From contig JALQYN010000022.1 in assembly GCA_023254055.1 (NCBI GenBank), positions 15,263 through 79,262 of the forward strand: a stretch of DNA of 64,000 bases. Reading direction: 5' to 3'. Shown here piece by piece: positions 41,626 to 49,900 of the stretch (positions are counted from its first letter, which is position 1; every line of letters begins with the position of its first letter). The translations under genes were made by a program, and so were the position numbers. The notes under the pieces are model-generated. The model made no database searches, was not told the origin of the DNA, and saw only the letters and a list, made by a program, of their open reading frames with translations. Source of the stretch: Polaribacter sp. Lineage in GTDB: Bacteria > Bacteroidota > Bacteroidia > Flavobacteriales > Flavobacteriaceae.

Positions 41626-43302
41626 ATGGCTGACTTCTCCCAAACAAGAGTAAAATTAGTTTTTTCTCTTTCTATTTTAACAACAATAATTACACTTATT
41701 TGGTTTTTTATAGCGAGAGCTATTGATATGCCAGAATTGAGTAATTACTTAGGAATTACAGCAATTCTATTTGTTATCTCAGGTTTACTTTCTAAGTATG
41801 GAAATCTAACAATTGCTAGGGTAATTTATCTGATTGCCTTAAACTTAAGTGTTTCCTTAACTGCTTCTTTTATAGGTAAAGGTGGTAGTGTAGAATTTGT
41901 CTTAATGTTTGCTATTGGCTTACCTTTTTTATTCTTTTCTTACAGAAAAGAGAAGATTTATGTTGGCCTATTTTCTGTTTTACCTGGAATAATTTGGATT
42001 CTTTTACACAGTACAGATTTTAAACTTTTTACAGATACTCAAATGGATCGTGAATTGGCAATAAACACTGTTTATCCTGTTTCTGTAATCAGTACCATTG
42101 TTTTGGTAACCTTTCAATTGGTTTACTTTTCTTTTCTAAATGCACGTTATTATTCTAAAATTCACAATAAAAAAGACGAAGCTATAGAAGCGTCAAATGC
42201 AAAGTCGCAATTTTTAAGCACCATGAGTCATGAAATTAGGACACCTTTAAATGCAATTATAGGCTTGTCTTATATACTAAGTGAATCGAACCCTCGTCCA
42301 GATCAAAAAGAAAATATAGAAGCTTTAAATTATTCTGGTAAGATTTTACTAAACTTACTAAACAATGTTTTGGATTTTAGTAAAATGGAATCTAAAAGTA
42401 TTGAATTAGATCCAATACCTGCTGACATTTCAAACGTTGTAAAACAAATCAAAAAAATACACGAATCATCTTGTTTAAAGAAAGGGATTGAATTAAAATT
42501 AGAAATTGATGATGACATTCCTATTGTATTATTAGATGTTGTTCGTTTTAATCAAGTAATTAACAACCTTGTTTCTAATGCTATTAAGTTTACTGATAAA
42601 GGAAGTGTAACCTTATTAATTAAGAAAAAAACAGCAACAGATAAAAGTATCATTTTACACACAGAAGTTAGAGATACTGGTATTGGCTTAACGCAAAAAC
42701 AACAAGAGAAAATTTGGGAAGCATTTACACAAGCATCAAGTAGCACAAATCGATTATATGGTGGAACTGGTTTAGGACTTTCTATTGTGAAAGGGATTGT
42801 AACAGCCATGAATTCTAAAGTAATTATTGATAGTACTCTGAATGAAGGAAGTCGATTTTATTTTGATTTAGAATTGAACACCGTTTCAGATCATGAATTA
42901 GAAAAACAAAGCGAAAAGAAAGAATATGGTTTCAAAGGTAAAAAAGTTTTACTCGTAGAAGACAACCTTATCAACGTGATGGTTGGTAAACAAATATTGG
43001 AAAAAGCTGGTTTAGAAATATCTGTAGCGAACGATGGTAAACAAGCCGTAGATATGGTAAAAGAAAATCATTACGATACTGTTCTTATGGACATTCAAAT
43101 GCCTGTTATGGATGGGTATACCGCCTCTACTGAAATAAGAAAATTTAACACTAAAATTCCGATTTTAGCACTTTCAGCTTCTGTTTTTGTTGAAGTAAAA
43201 AACAAAATTCGTGATAGTGGTATGGATGGTTTTGTTTATAAACCATTTGACCCTAAAGACCTTCTTAATAAAATAGAAGAAATGATCAATATAAATTCTT
43301 AA
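41626..43302 (+). CDS. Membrane-bound hybrid histidine kinase/response regulator (probable start at 41626)
   Basis: SHEIRTPL, NLVSNAIKFT, DTGIG, GGTGLGL; receiver domain LMDIQMP. Confidence 0.92.
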   Translation: MADFSQTRVKLVFSLSILTTIITLIWFFIARAIDMPELSNYLGITAILFVISGLLSKYGNLTIARVIYLIALNLSVSLTASFIGKGGSVEFVLMFAIGLPFLFFSYRKEKIYVGLFSVLPGIIWILLHSTDFKLFTDTQMDRELAINTVYPVSVISTIVLVTFQLVYFSFLNARYYSKIHNKKDEAIEASNAKSQFLSTMSHEIRTPLNAIIGLSYILSESNPRPDQKENIEALNYSGKILLNLLNNVLDFSKMESKSIELDPIPADISNVVKQIKKIHESSCLKKGIELKLEIDDDIPIVLLDVVRFNQVINNLVSNAIKFTDKGSVTLLIKKKTATDKSIILHTEVRDTGIGLTQKQQEKIWEAFTQASSSTNRLYGGTGLGLSIVKGIVTAMNSKVIIDSTLNEGSRFYFDLELNTVSDHELEKQSEKKEYGFKGKKVLLVEDNLINVMVGKQILEKAGLEISVANDGKQAVDMVKENHYDTVLMDIQMPVMDGYTASTEIRKFNTKIPILALSASVFVEVKNKIRDSGMDGFVYKPFDPKDLLNKIEEMININS

Positions 43303-43325
43303 AAACTCTTATTCTCATCATTTAA

Positions 43326-43481
43326 ATGCCAAAAAAAGGAAAGGCAAAAAACACCGTTAACAAGGCAAAGCACACCAAATTAATGAATCGAAAAATTAAT
43401 AAGGTAAAGCAAGAAAAAATTGCACAACAAGAAAAATTAAAAGCAATTATTAGAAAAGCTAATGAAGAAAAAAACAAATAA
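43326..43481 (+). CDS. Small basic protein (51 aa), below the ORF track cutoff
   Basis: MPKKGKAKNTVNKAKHTKLMNRKINKVKQEKIAQQEKLKAIIRKANEEKNK*; fills the gap and is followed directly by a terminator. Confidence 0.65.
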   Translation: MPKKGKAKNTVNKAKHTKLMNRKINKVKQEKIAQQEKLKAIIRKANEEKNK

Positions 43482-43485
43482 ACAT

Positions 43486-43522
43486 AAAAAAATCCCGAGT
43501 TATTAAACTCGGGATTTTTTTT
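43486..43522. terminator. Bidirectional intrinsic terminator
   Basis: AAAAAAATCCCGAGTT...AACTCGGGATTTTTTT between convergent genes. Confidence 0.85.
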
Positions 43523-43538
43523 AATTTAGGTACTAAAA

Positions 43539-43796
43539 TTAAGTGTCTATAGAACCTAATACGCGTTTCATAAAAGCATTCAGCGCTTCTTTTTTCGGCA
43601 TACCTTCTTTGATCATTTTATCTACTTCTATAGCCCCATACATATTCGAAATAAGTTCTCCAATAACATCTAACTCTTCATCTTTTAAAGAAGGTACTTC
43701 TGTTAAAGCTTCTAAAGTTTCTATAGTTTCAATGACATAATCTTGATCGTTCTCTTCGATAAAATTAGCAAGGTGTTTTATAATAGGTAATTTCAT
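43539..43796 (-). CDS. Conserved small protein (DUF6952-like)
   Basis: MKLPIIK...GELISNMYGA...FMKRVLGSID; third gene of the ahpC-trx operon. Confidence 0.75.
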   Translation of the reverse strand: MKLPIIKHLANFIEENDQDYVIETIETLEALTEVPSLKDEELDVIGELISNMYGAIEVDKMIKEGMPKKEALNAFMKRVLGSIDT

Positions 43797-43798
43797 AA

Positions 43799-44107
43799 CT
43801 ATGCTATTTCGTTTACCAATTCTTTTAAAACTTCGAACTTGTTTGTTTGGGTTTGATTTACAAAAGCACCCTCTACAAAAGTTGCAAAAGTCGGCAAATT
43901 GCTTACATCTGCTAATTTTCTACTTTCAGGGAATTTTTCTGCATCTGCAATCACAAAAACCATGTTTTCATTTTCTGAAGCTAGCTTCTTAAATTTTGGT
44001 TTCATAATTCTACAGTTTCCACACCAAGTAGCTGCATATTGAACAACAACTGTTTTGTTATCTGCTATAATTTGCCCTAAGTTATCTTGATTTAATTCTT
44101 GTACCAT
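43799..44107 (-). CDS. Thioredoxin family protein (WCGNC)
   Basis: WCGNC active site and LPTF cis-Pro loop. Confidence 0.9.
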   Translation of the reverse strand: MVQELNQDNLGQIIADNKTVVVQYAATWCGNCRIMKPKFKKLASENENMVFVIADAEKFPESRKLADVSNLPTFATFVEGAFVNQTQTNKFEVLKELVNEIA

Positions 44108-44110
44108 AAT

Positions 44111-44172
44111 GATTATAAATTTAAAGTTATAAATTGAGAGTTTAAAACTCGTAATTCATAATTCGCAATTAA
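44111..44172. repeat. Head-to-head degenerate heptamer arrays
   Basis: GATTATA AATTTAA AGTTATA AATTGAG, then AAACTCG TAATTCA TAATTCG CAATTAA. Confidence 0.55.
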
Positions 44173-44176
44173 CTTT

Positions 44177-44818
44177 TTAGTGAGAAGCTAAATATTCTGC
44201 AGTTCCTTTAGCATTTGCTTTCATTGCATCTTTACCTTCTTCCCAGTTAGCTGGACAAACCTCTCCATGTGATTGCACATGAGCATAGGCATCAATTAAA
44301 CGTAAATATTCATTTACATTTCTACCTACTGGCATATGATTAATTCCTTCATGAAAAACAGTTCCTTCTTCGTCAATTAAATAAGTAGCTCTATAGGTTA
44401 CATTATCTCCTTCAACTTGAATCGTTTGTGAAGCCTCATCAAAAGTTTCGTTAGTAATGTCTAAAATACCCAAGATTGATGACAAATTTCTATTGCTATC
44501 TGCTAAAATTGGATAAGTTACACCTTCTATTCCTCCATTATCTTTTGCTGTACTCAACCAAGCAAAATGTACTTCTGGAGTATCACAAGAAGCTCCTATT
44601 ACAATAGTGTTTCTTTTTTCGAACTCACCAATTGCTGCTTGAAAAGCATGCAATTCTGTTGGACAAACGAATGTAAAATCTTTTGGGTACCAAAACAATA
44701 CAACTTTCTTTTTGTTGCTAACTGCCTCTTCAAATACATTTACTTTAAATGTATCTCCCATTTCATTCATTGCATCTACAAATAAATTTGGAAATTTTTT
44801 ACCTACTGCTGTAGCCAT
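44177..44818 (-). CDS. ahpC: 2-Cys peroxiredoxin (AhpC)
   Basis: DFTFVCPTE and GEVCPANW motifs. Confidence 0.95.
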   Translation of the reverse strand: MATAVGKKFPNLFVDAMNEMGDTFKVNVFEEAVSNKKKVVLFWYPKDFTFVCPTELHAFQAAIGEFEKRNTIVIGASCDTPEVHFAWLSTAKDNGGIEGVTYPILADSNRNLSSILGILDITNETFDEASQTIQVEGDNVTYRATYLIDEEGTVFHEGINHMPVGRNVNEYLRLIDAYAHVQSHGEVCPANWEEGKDAMKANAKGTAEYLASH

Positions 44819-44892
44819 TTTTTATCTTTTTTAAATGATTAATATTTCTTTTAACACTACAAATATACCAAGCATTTAGACTAAAAACAGAA

Positions 44893-44929
44893 AAAGTTGA
44901 TGCTAATTTTTTATATTAGCATCAACTTT
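44893..44929 (-). terminator. 15-bp inverted repeat; terminator of the upstream regulator and/or an ahpC operator
   Basis: AAAGTTGATGCTAAT-N7-ATTAGCATCAACTTT with a U-run on the minus strand; ahpC -7 box at 44860-44867. Confidence 0.6.
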
Positions 44930-44963
44930 ATTTATACTTTTTACTACAGTAAATAGACAAACC

Positions 44964-46127
44964 TTATTTGCTGGCAAACAAAGTAATGTCTCGTTGAGAA
45001 ACTTCTTTTTCTCCCAGAATAATTAAACGCTCTACAACATTTCGTAATTCTCTGATGTTCCCTGTCCAATCATATTCTTGTAATAATTGAATGGCTTCTT
45101 TAGAAAATGCTTTTTTAACCCCTCCTTGTTCTTCTGCTATTTTTTGTGAAAAGAACTCTACCAACAACGGAATATCTTCTCTACGGTCGTTTAAAGAAGG
45201 AACTTGTATTAAAATTACAGCCAATCTGTGGTATAGATCTTCTCTAAAACGCCCTTCAGAAATTTCTTCTTTTAAATCTTTATTGGTTGCTGCTACAACT
45301 CTAACATTTACTTTTATATCTTTATCTGAACCAACTCTAGATATTTTATTTTCTTGTAATGCTCTTAATACTTTTGCTTGTGCAGACAAACTCATATCTC
45401 CAATTTCATCCAAGAAAATAGTTCCTCCATTTGCGGCTTCAAACTTACCTGCCCTGTCTTTATTGGCACCCGTAAAAGAACCTTTTACATGGCCAAACAA
45501 CTCACTCTCTATTAATTCTGAAGGAATAGCCGCACAATTTACTTCTACCATTGTTGCATTAGAACGATCAGATTTTTCGTGGAGCCAATGTGCAACCAAT
45601 TCTTTTCCTGTTCCGTTTGGTCCAGTAATTAAGACACGCGCATCGGTTGCTGCTACTTTTTCAATGATGTCTTTAATATGAGAAATCGCTTTACTTTCTC
45701 CAACCATTTCATAGCTTTTGCTGACTTTTTTCTTTAATCGTTTATTCTCAACAACCAATTCTTTTCTATCCAAAGCATTTCGAACAGTGTTTAGCAAACG
45801 ATTTAAATCTGGTGGCTTAGAGATATAATCAAAAGCTCCCAAACGCATTGTATTTACGGCAGTTTCTAAATCTCCATGACCAGAAATCATTACAATCGGA
45901 ATTTCAGGTTTTATTTTTTTTGTTTTTTCTAGTACTTCAACACCGTCCATTTTTGGCATTTTAATATCACAAAAAACCAAATCATAATCGGTTTTCATAA
46001 TCATTTCTATGCCTTGCATGCCATCTTCTGCTTCTTCTACATTATATGCCTCATTTTCTTCAGAAATAATTTTTTTTAATACTCTTCTAATGGCTGCTTC
46101 GTCTTCTATAATTAAAATCTTTGGCAT
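44964..46127 (-). CDS. Sigma-54-type (NtrC/NtrX-like) response regulator without a C-terminal HTH
   Basis: Receiver DIKMP, GPNGTGKE, ESELFGHVKGSFTGA, FLDEIG, WTGNIREL. Confidence 0.9.
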   Translation of the reverse strand: MPKILIIEDEAAIRRVLKKIISEENEAYNVEEAEDGMQGIEMIMKTDYDLVFCDIKMPKMDGVEVLEKTKKIKPEIPIVMISGHGDLETAVNTMRLGAFDYISKPPDLNRLLNTVRNALDRKELVVENKRLKKKVSKSYEMVGESKAISHIKDIIEKVAATDARVLITGPNGTGKELVAHWLHEKSDRSNATMVEVNCAAIPSELIESELFGHVKGSFTGANKDRAGKFEAANGGTIFLDEIGDMSLSAQAKVLRALQENKISRVGSDKDIKVNVRVVAATNKDLKEEISEGRFREDLYHRLAVILIQVPSLNDRREDIPLLVEFFSQKIAEEQGGVKKAFSKEAIQLLQEYDWTGNIRELRNVVERLIILGEKEVSQRDITLFASK

Positions 46128-46135
46128 ATTTATTT

Positions 46136-46960
46136 TTATTTTTCTATAATATGAATATCTCTTTGTGGAAAAGGAATTTTAATATCGTTTTCTCTAAACA
46201 ATCTATCTATTTCAAAACGAATATCACTTTGAACAAAACGCACTTCGAAACTATTTTTGATGGTAAATGCAATTCTAAACTCTAAAGAACTATCTCCAAA
46301 ATTCATAAACAATACTTTTGGTTCTGGATACTTTAACACAGACGTGTTTCCTTTAGCCGCATCTAACAACAACTTTTCTACGAGTTTAACATCGCTCCCA
46401 TAAGCGACTCCAACATTTATTCCTTCTCTTGTTTCAACTCCGTTCTCTGTCCAATTATATAAACTATTTGTTAAATACAAATGATTAGGTATAACCAACA
46501 CTTTATTATCTACTGTAACTGCTCTGGTTGTTCTTAAATTTATTTCTTCTACTCTACCTACTTTTCCTTCTAACTCAATAATGTCACCAACGTGGACAGA
46601 TTGATCTATTAAAATAAAAATTCCAGAAATAATGTCTTGAAACAAGGTTTGCAATGCCAAACCAACACCAATTAATAATGCTGCTGATGCAGCAAATATT
46701 GCAGTAACATTTACTCCTGCGGTATGCATGGTTATTAAAAAAATAATAATATACACCAGCCATTTTAAGTAACTAAAAACAGAAACAAATTTTACTTTAT
46801 CGTTTTCTGGAAGTTTTCTAGTGATAAATTTCCGCAATACCTTTAATAGAAAAGCAGTAATTATAAAAGCTAGAATTAATATTATAATTGCCAAAACACT
46901 GATGTGTACTTTTTCACCAAAGGAAAACGTATAATTAAAAAGTTCTTTTATTTTTTCCAT
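46136..46960 (-). CDS. MscS family mechanosensitive channel
   Basis: GVGLALQ, GDIIE, IPN and IPFPQR motifs. Confidence 0.92.
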   Translation of the reverse strand: MEKIKELFNYTFSFGEKVHISVLAIIILILAFIITAFLLKVLRKFITRKLPENDKVKFVSVFSYLKWLVYIIIFLITMHTAGVNVTAIFAASAALLIGVGLALQTLFQDIISGIFILIDQSVHVGDIIELEGKVGRVEEINLRTTRAVTVDNKVLVIPNHLYLTNSLYNWTENGVETREGINVGVAYGSDVKLVEKLLLDAAKGNTSVLKYPEPKVLFMNFGDSSLEFRIAFTIKNSFEVRFVQSDIRFEIDRLFRENDIKIPFPQRDIHIIEK

Positions 46961-46976
46961 GTTTTAAAGATACATT

Positions 46977-48302
46977 TTATCCTTTATATTTTATCCATTT
47001 ATACAAATCTTTATAGGTTGGTTTTTTGCCATACATTAAAATACCTACTCTATATATTTTAGCTGCCATCCAAACCATAAACACAAAAGTGAACAATAAC
47101 AATGCCATAGAAATAGCAATTTCATACCACGGAACACCAAACGGAACACGCATTAACATTACAATAGGAGATGTAAATGGAATCATAGAGAAGATGGTAG
47201 AAATAGGTCCGTGAGGATCGTTAATAACCGTTGCAAAACCAACATAAACGCCTAAAATTAAGGGCAACATTATTGGCAACATAAACTGTTGAGTATCTGT
47301 TTCGCTATCAACTGCTGCACCAACTGCAGCAAATAAAGAACTGTACAAAAAGAAACCTCCTAAAAAGTAAAAAATAAATAATATAAAAATGGTTACTAAA
47401 GGCAATCTAAAAAATTCTTGTATAACCTTTTGCATTTCTCCATTTCCTGCGGCTGCTTTCATTGTTGCAATTTGTTCTGGCGATAATTTAGATGCTTGTA
47501 CTTCTGTCATATCTATTCCGAAAACATAGGATGAAACAAGACTAATTAATAACAAGATTATCCCCCAAATAAAGAATTGCAATAATCCGGCAGAAGCATT
47601 TCCAATAATTTTACCCAACATCAATTGAAAAGGTTTTACAGACGAAACAATGATTTCTATAATTCTACTTGTTTTTTCTTCGATAACACTTCGCATTACA
47701 GAAGTACCATAAATCATCACAAACATCATTAATAAATAACCTGCAATTGCTCCTACTCCAATCTTTAATCCATTAATTAATTTTGAAGATTGCTCTCCCG
47801 AAAAATTATACATTTTAATTCCTGCAGAAATCCTTGAGGCTTTAATTTTTTCTGAATCAATTCCTAATTGATCCAACTTTAAATGGCGTAATTTTGCTGC
47901 AACTTTACTTTCTAAATTTCCAATAACAGACATGCTTGGTGAATCTTTTGAGTAAAACTCAATAGAATTTGCCAAAATCTCTAAACTATCTTTTTTAGGA
48001 ATGTATAAAACCCCATAATAATCACCAGCTTCTACTTTCTTTTTAGTCTCTTCAATCCCTAATAAAGTGTAATCTGAATAATGAACCGATTTAGAATCTT
48101 CGAAATCGTCTTTAGAGAACAATTGATACTCATCTACGTAAACTATTTTCTTAACATTTTCATCATTCTTTTTACTTAAAAAGAATACTAAAAACCCAAT
48201 TCCAACCATCAATAACGGACTTAAAAAAGTCATCATTATAAAGGATCTATTTTTTATTTTTGCTAAGAATTCTCTTCTAATAATTAATTTTAACTTCTTC
48301 AT
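46977..48302 (-). CDS. ABC-2 transporter permease (NatB-like)
   Basis: EEKTSRIIE, GKIIG and IPFTSP motifs. Confidence 0.9.
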   Translation of the reverse strand: MKKLKLIIRREFLAKIKNRSFIMMTFLSPLLMVGIGFLVFFLSKKNDENVKKIVYVDEYQLFSKDDFEDSKSVHYSDYTLLGIEETKKKVEAGDYYGVLYIPKKDSLEILANSIEFYSKDSPSMSVIGNLESKVAAKLRHLKLDQLGIDSEKIKASRISAGIKMYNFSGEQSSKLINGLKIGVGAIAGYLLMMFVMIYGTSVMRSVIEEKTSRIIEIIVSSVKPFQLMLGKIIGNASAGLLQFFIWGIILLLISLVSSYVFGIDMTEVQASKLSPEQIATMKAAAGNGEMQKVIQEFFRLPLVTIFILFIFYFLGGFFLYSSLFAAVGAAVDSETDTQQFMLPIMLPLILGVYVGFATVINDPHGPISTIFSMIPFTSPIVMLMRVPFGVPWYEIAISMALLLFTFVFMVWMAAKIYRVGILMYGKKPTYKDLYKWIKYKG

Positions 48303-48305
48303 AAC

Positions 48306-49235
48306 TTAGCTGTTTTTATGTACTGCTTGAATAAAAATATCATTTGCACTCGGTACTAATTCTAAAAAATGTTGTAGCTCTCCATGTTTCATTAAAAGTG
48401 AAATTAATCCATTAGGAGATTCGTTTTCAGGAATTTTAACATTGGCTGTAAAACCTTCATTCAACATTCTATAATCTGTGGGGGATACTTCAAATTGTTG
48501 ATTTAAAACAGTTTCTATTTCTTTAGAATTAGATGTTTTCAATCCAATCTGAAAAGTATTACTCCTATATTGTCTTTTAATGTCATCTAATTTTCCGTCT
48601 ACAATTTTATTCGATTTATTTATCAAAGCTATATAATCACACATTTCCTCAACAGATTCCATCCGATGAGTAGAAAAAATAATGGTGGCTCCTTCATCTC
48701 TCAATTGTAAAATTTCCTTGGCAATTAATTGCGCATTAATTGGGTCAAATCCAGAGAATGGCTCGTCAAAAATCAATAATTTTGGTTGATGTAACACCGT
48801 TACAATAAATTGCACTTTTTGTGCCATTCCTTTTGAAAGTTCTTCAATTTTCTTGTCCCACCAAGCTCCAATTTCAAATTTATCGAACCAATATTTTAAA
48901 CGTTTTTTAGCTTCTGTTTTAGACAATCCTTTTAATTGGGCTAGATACAAAGCTTGTTCACCAACCTTCATGCTTTTATATAAACCACGTTCTTCTGGTA
49001 AATATCCTATTTGTTCAATATGGCTTGATTCTAATGACTCTCCATCTAACAAAATGGTTCCGCTATCAGGCAAAGTAATTTGGTTGATAATTCGAATTAA
49101 AGATGTTTTCCCTGCTCCATTTGGACCTAACAACCCAAAAACACTTCCTTTTGGAATATTTAAAGTCACATTATTCAAAGCCGTAAATTCTCCGTATTTT
49201 TTAGTTACATTATTTATTTCTAATAAGTTACTCAT
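48306..49235 (-). CDS. ABC transporter ATP-binding protein (NatA-like)
   Basis: GPNGAGKT, LSKGM and DEPFSG motifs. Confidence 0.93.
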   Translation of the reverse strand: MSNLLEINNVTKKYGEFTALNNVTLNIPKGSVFGLLGPNGAGKTSLIRIINQITLPDSGTILLDGESLESSHIEQIGYLPEERGLYKSMKVGEQALYLAQLKGLSKTEAKKRLKYWFDKFEIGAWWDKKIEELSKGMAQKVQFIVTVLHQPKLLIFDEPFSGFDPINAQLIAKEILQLRDEGATIIFSTHRMESVEEMCDYIALINKSNKIVDGKLDDIKRQYRSNTFQIGLKTSNSKEIETVLNQQFEVSPTDYRMLNEGFTANVKIPENESPNGLISLLMKHGELQHFLELVPSANDIFIQAVHKNS

Positions 49236-49364
49236 TGATTTATTTTAATAATTAAACTAATAATAGTGGTTTTTGATGTCAAACAAAATTAAGTAATATT
49301 CTTTTACTCCTATGCAATACTTTCTAATTGTTTGTCAATTATTTCACGTCTTAAAAATAAAAAA

Positions 49365-49427
49365 TACTATGCATGCATAATTTTTTCACAATTTACTATG
49401 CGTGCATAATATTTTTTTATACATTTG
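49365..49427 (+). promoter_or_regulatory. Tandem palindromic operators and -7 box of the marR-fad operon
   Basis: TACTATGCATGCATAAT (49365-49381), TACTATGCGTGCATAAT (49394-49410), TACATTTG (49420-49427). Confidence 0.75.
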
Positions 49428-49432
49428 TATAC

Positions 49433-49891
49433 ATGGATAAAACGTTTTCTATAGATCATCAATTAAGAGCAACCTGGCAAGCTGTTGCTAAATTGTACAA
49501 TGAGCAGGCAGCAAAGCATGATAGCACAATGGCAACCGCATTTGTATTATTAAATATTGATTATGAAAACGGAACACCATCAACAGCTTTGGGGCCTTTA
49601 ATGGGGATGGAACCAACAAGTCTTTCAAGGATATTAAAAAGCATGGAAGACAAAGGAGCCATTAGTAGAGAGAAGAATCCGGAAGATGGTCGTGGAGTTT
49701 TAATCAAATTAACAGCTTACGGAAAAGAAATGAGAGAAATCTCTAAAAACTCTGTATATCAATTTAACAATGTAGTTAGAGATCATGTTACAGAAGGAGA
49801 ATTAGAAAGCTTTTTTAAAGTAACTGAAACCATAAATAAATTAATAGCAGATAAAATGATTTACGAAAAATCAAAAACACCTGCTCAATAA
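49433..49891 (+). CDS. MarR family transcriptional regulator (probable start MDKTF)
   Basis: TSLSRILKSMEDKG and DGRGVLIKLT winged-HTH motifs. Confidence 0.92.
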   Translation: MDKTFSIDHQLRATWQAVAKLYNEQAAKHDSTMATAFVLLNIDYENGTPSTALGPLMGMEPTSLSRILKSMEDKGAISREKNPEDGRGVLIKLTAYGKEMREISKNSVYQFNNVVRDHVTEGELESFFKVTETINKLIADKMIYEKSKTPAQ

Positions 49892-49900
49892 ACTATACAA

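Noticed and set aside
45091-45681. 196-aa antisense ORF and other short shadow ORFs (e.g. 4444-4743, 38907-39299, 48853-49248)
   Set aside because: They lie opposite well-conserved genes, carry no motifs, and are expected from codon bias.
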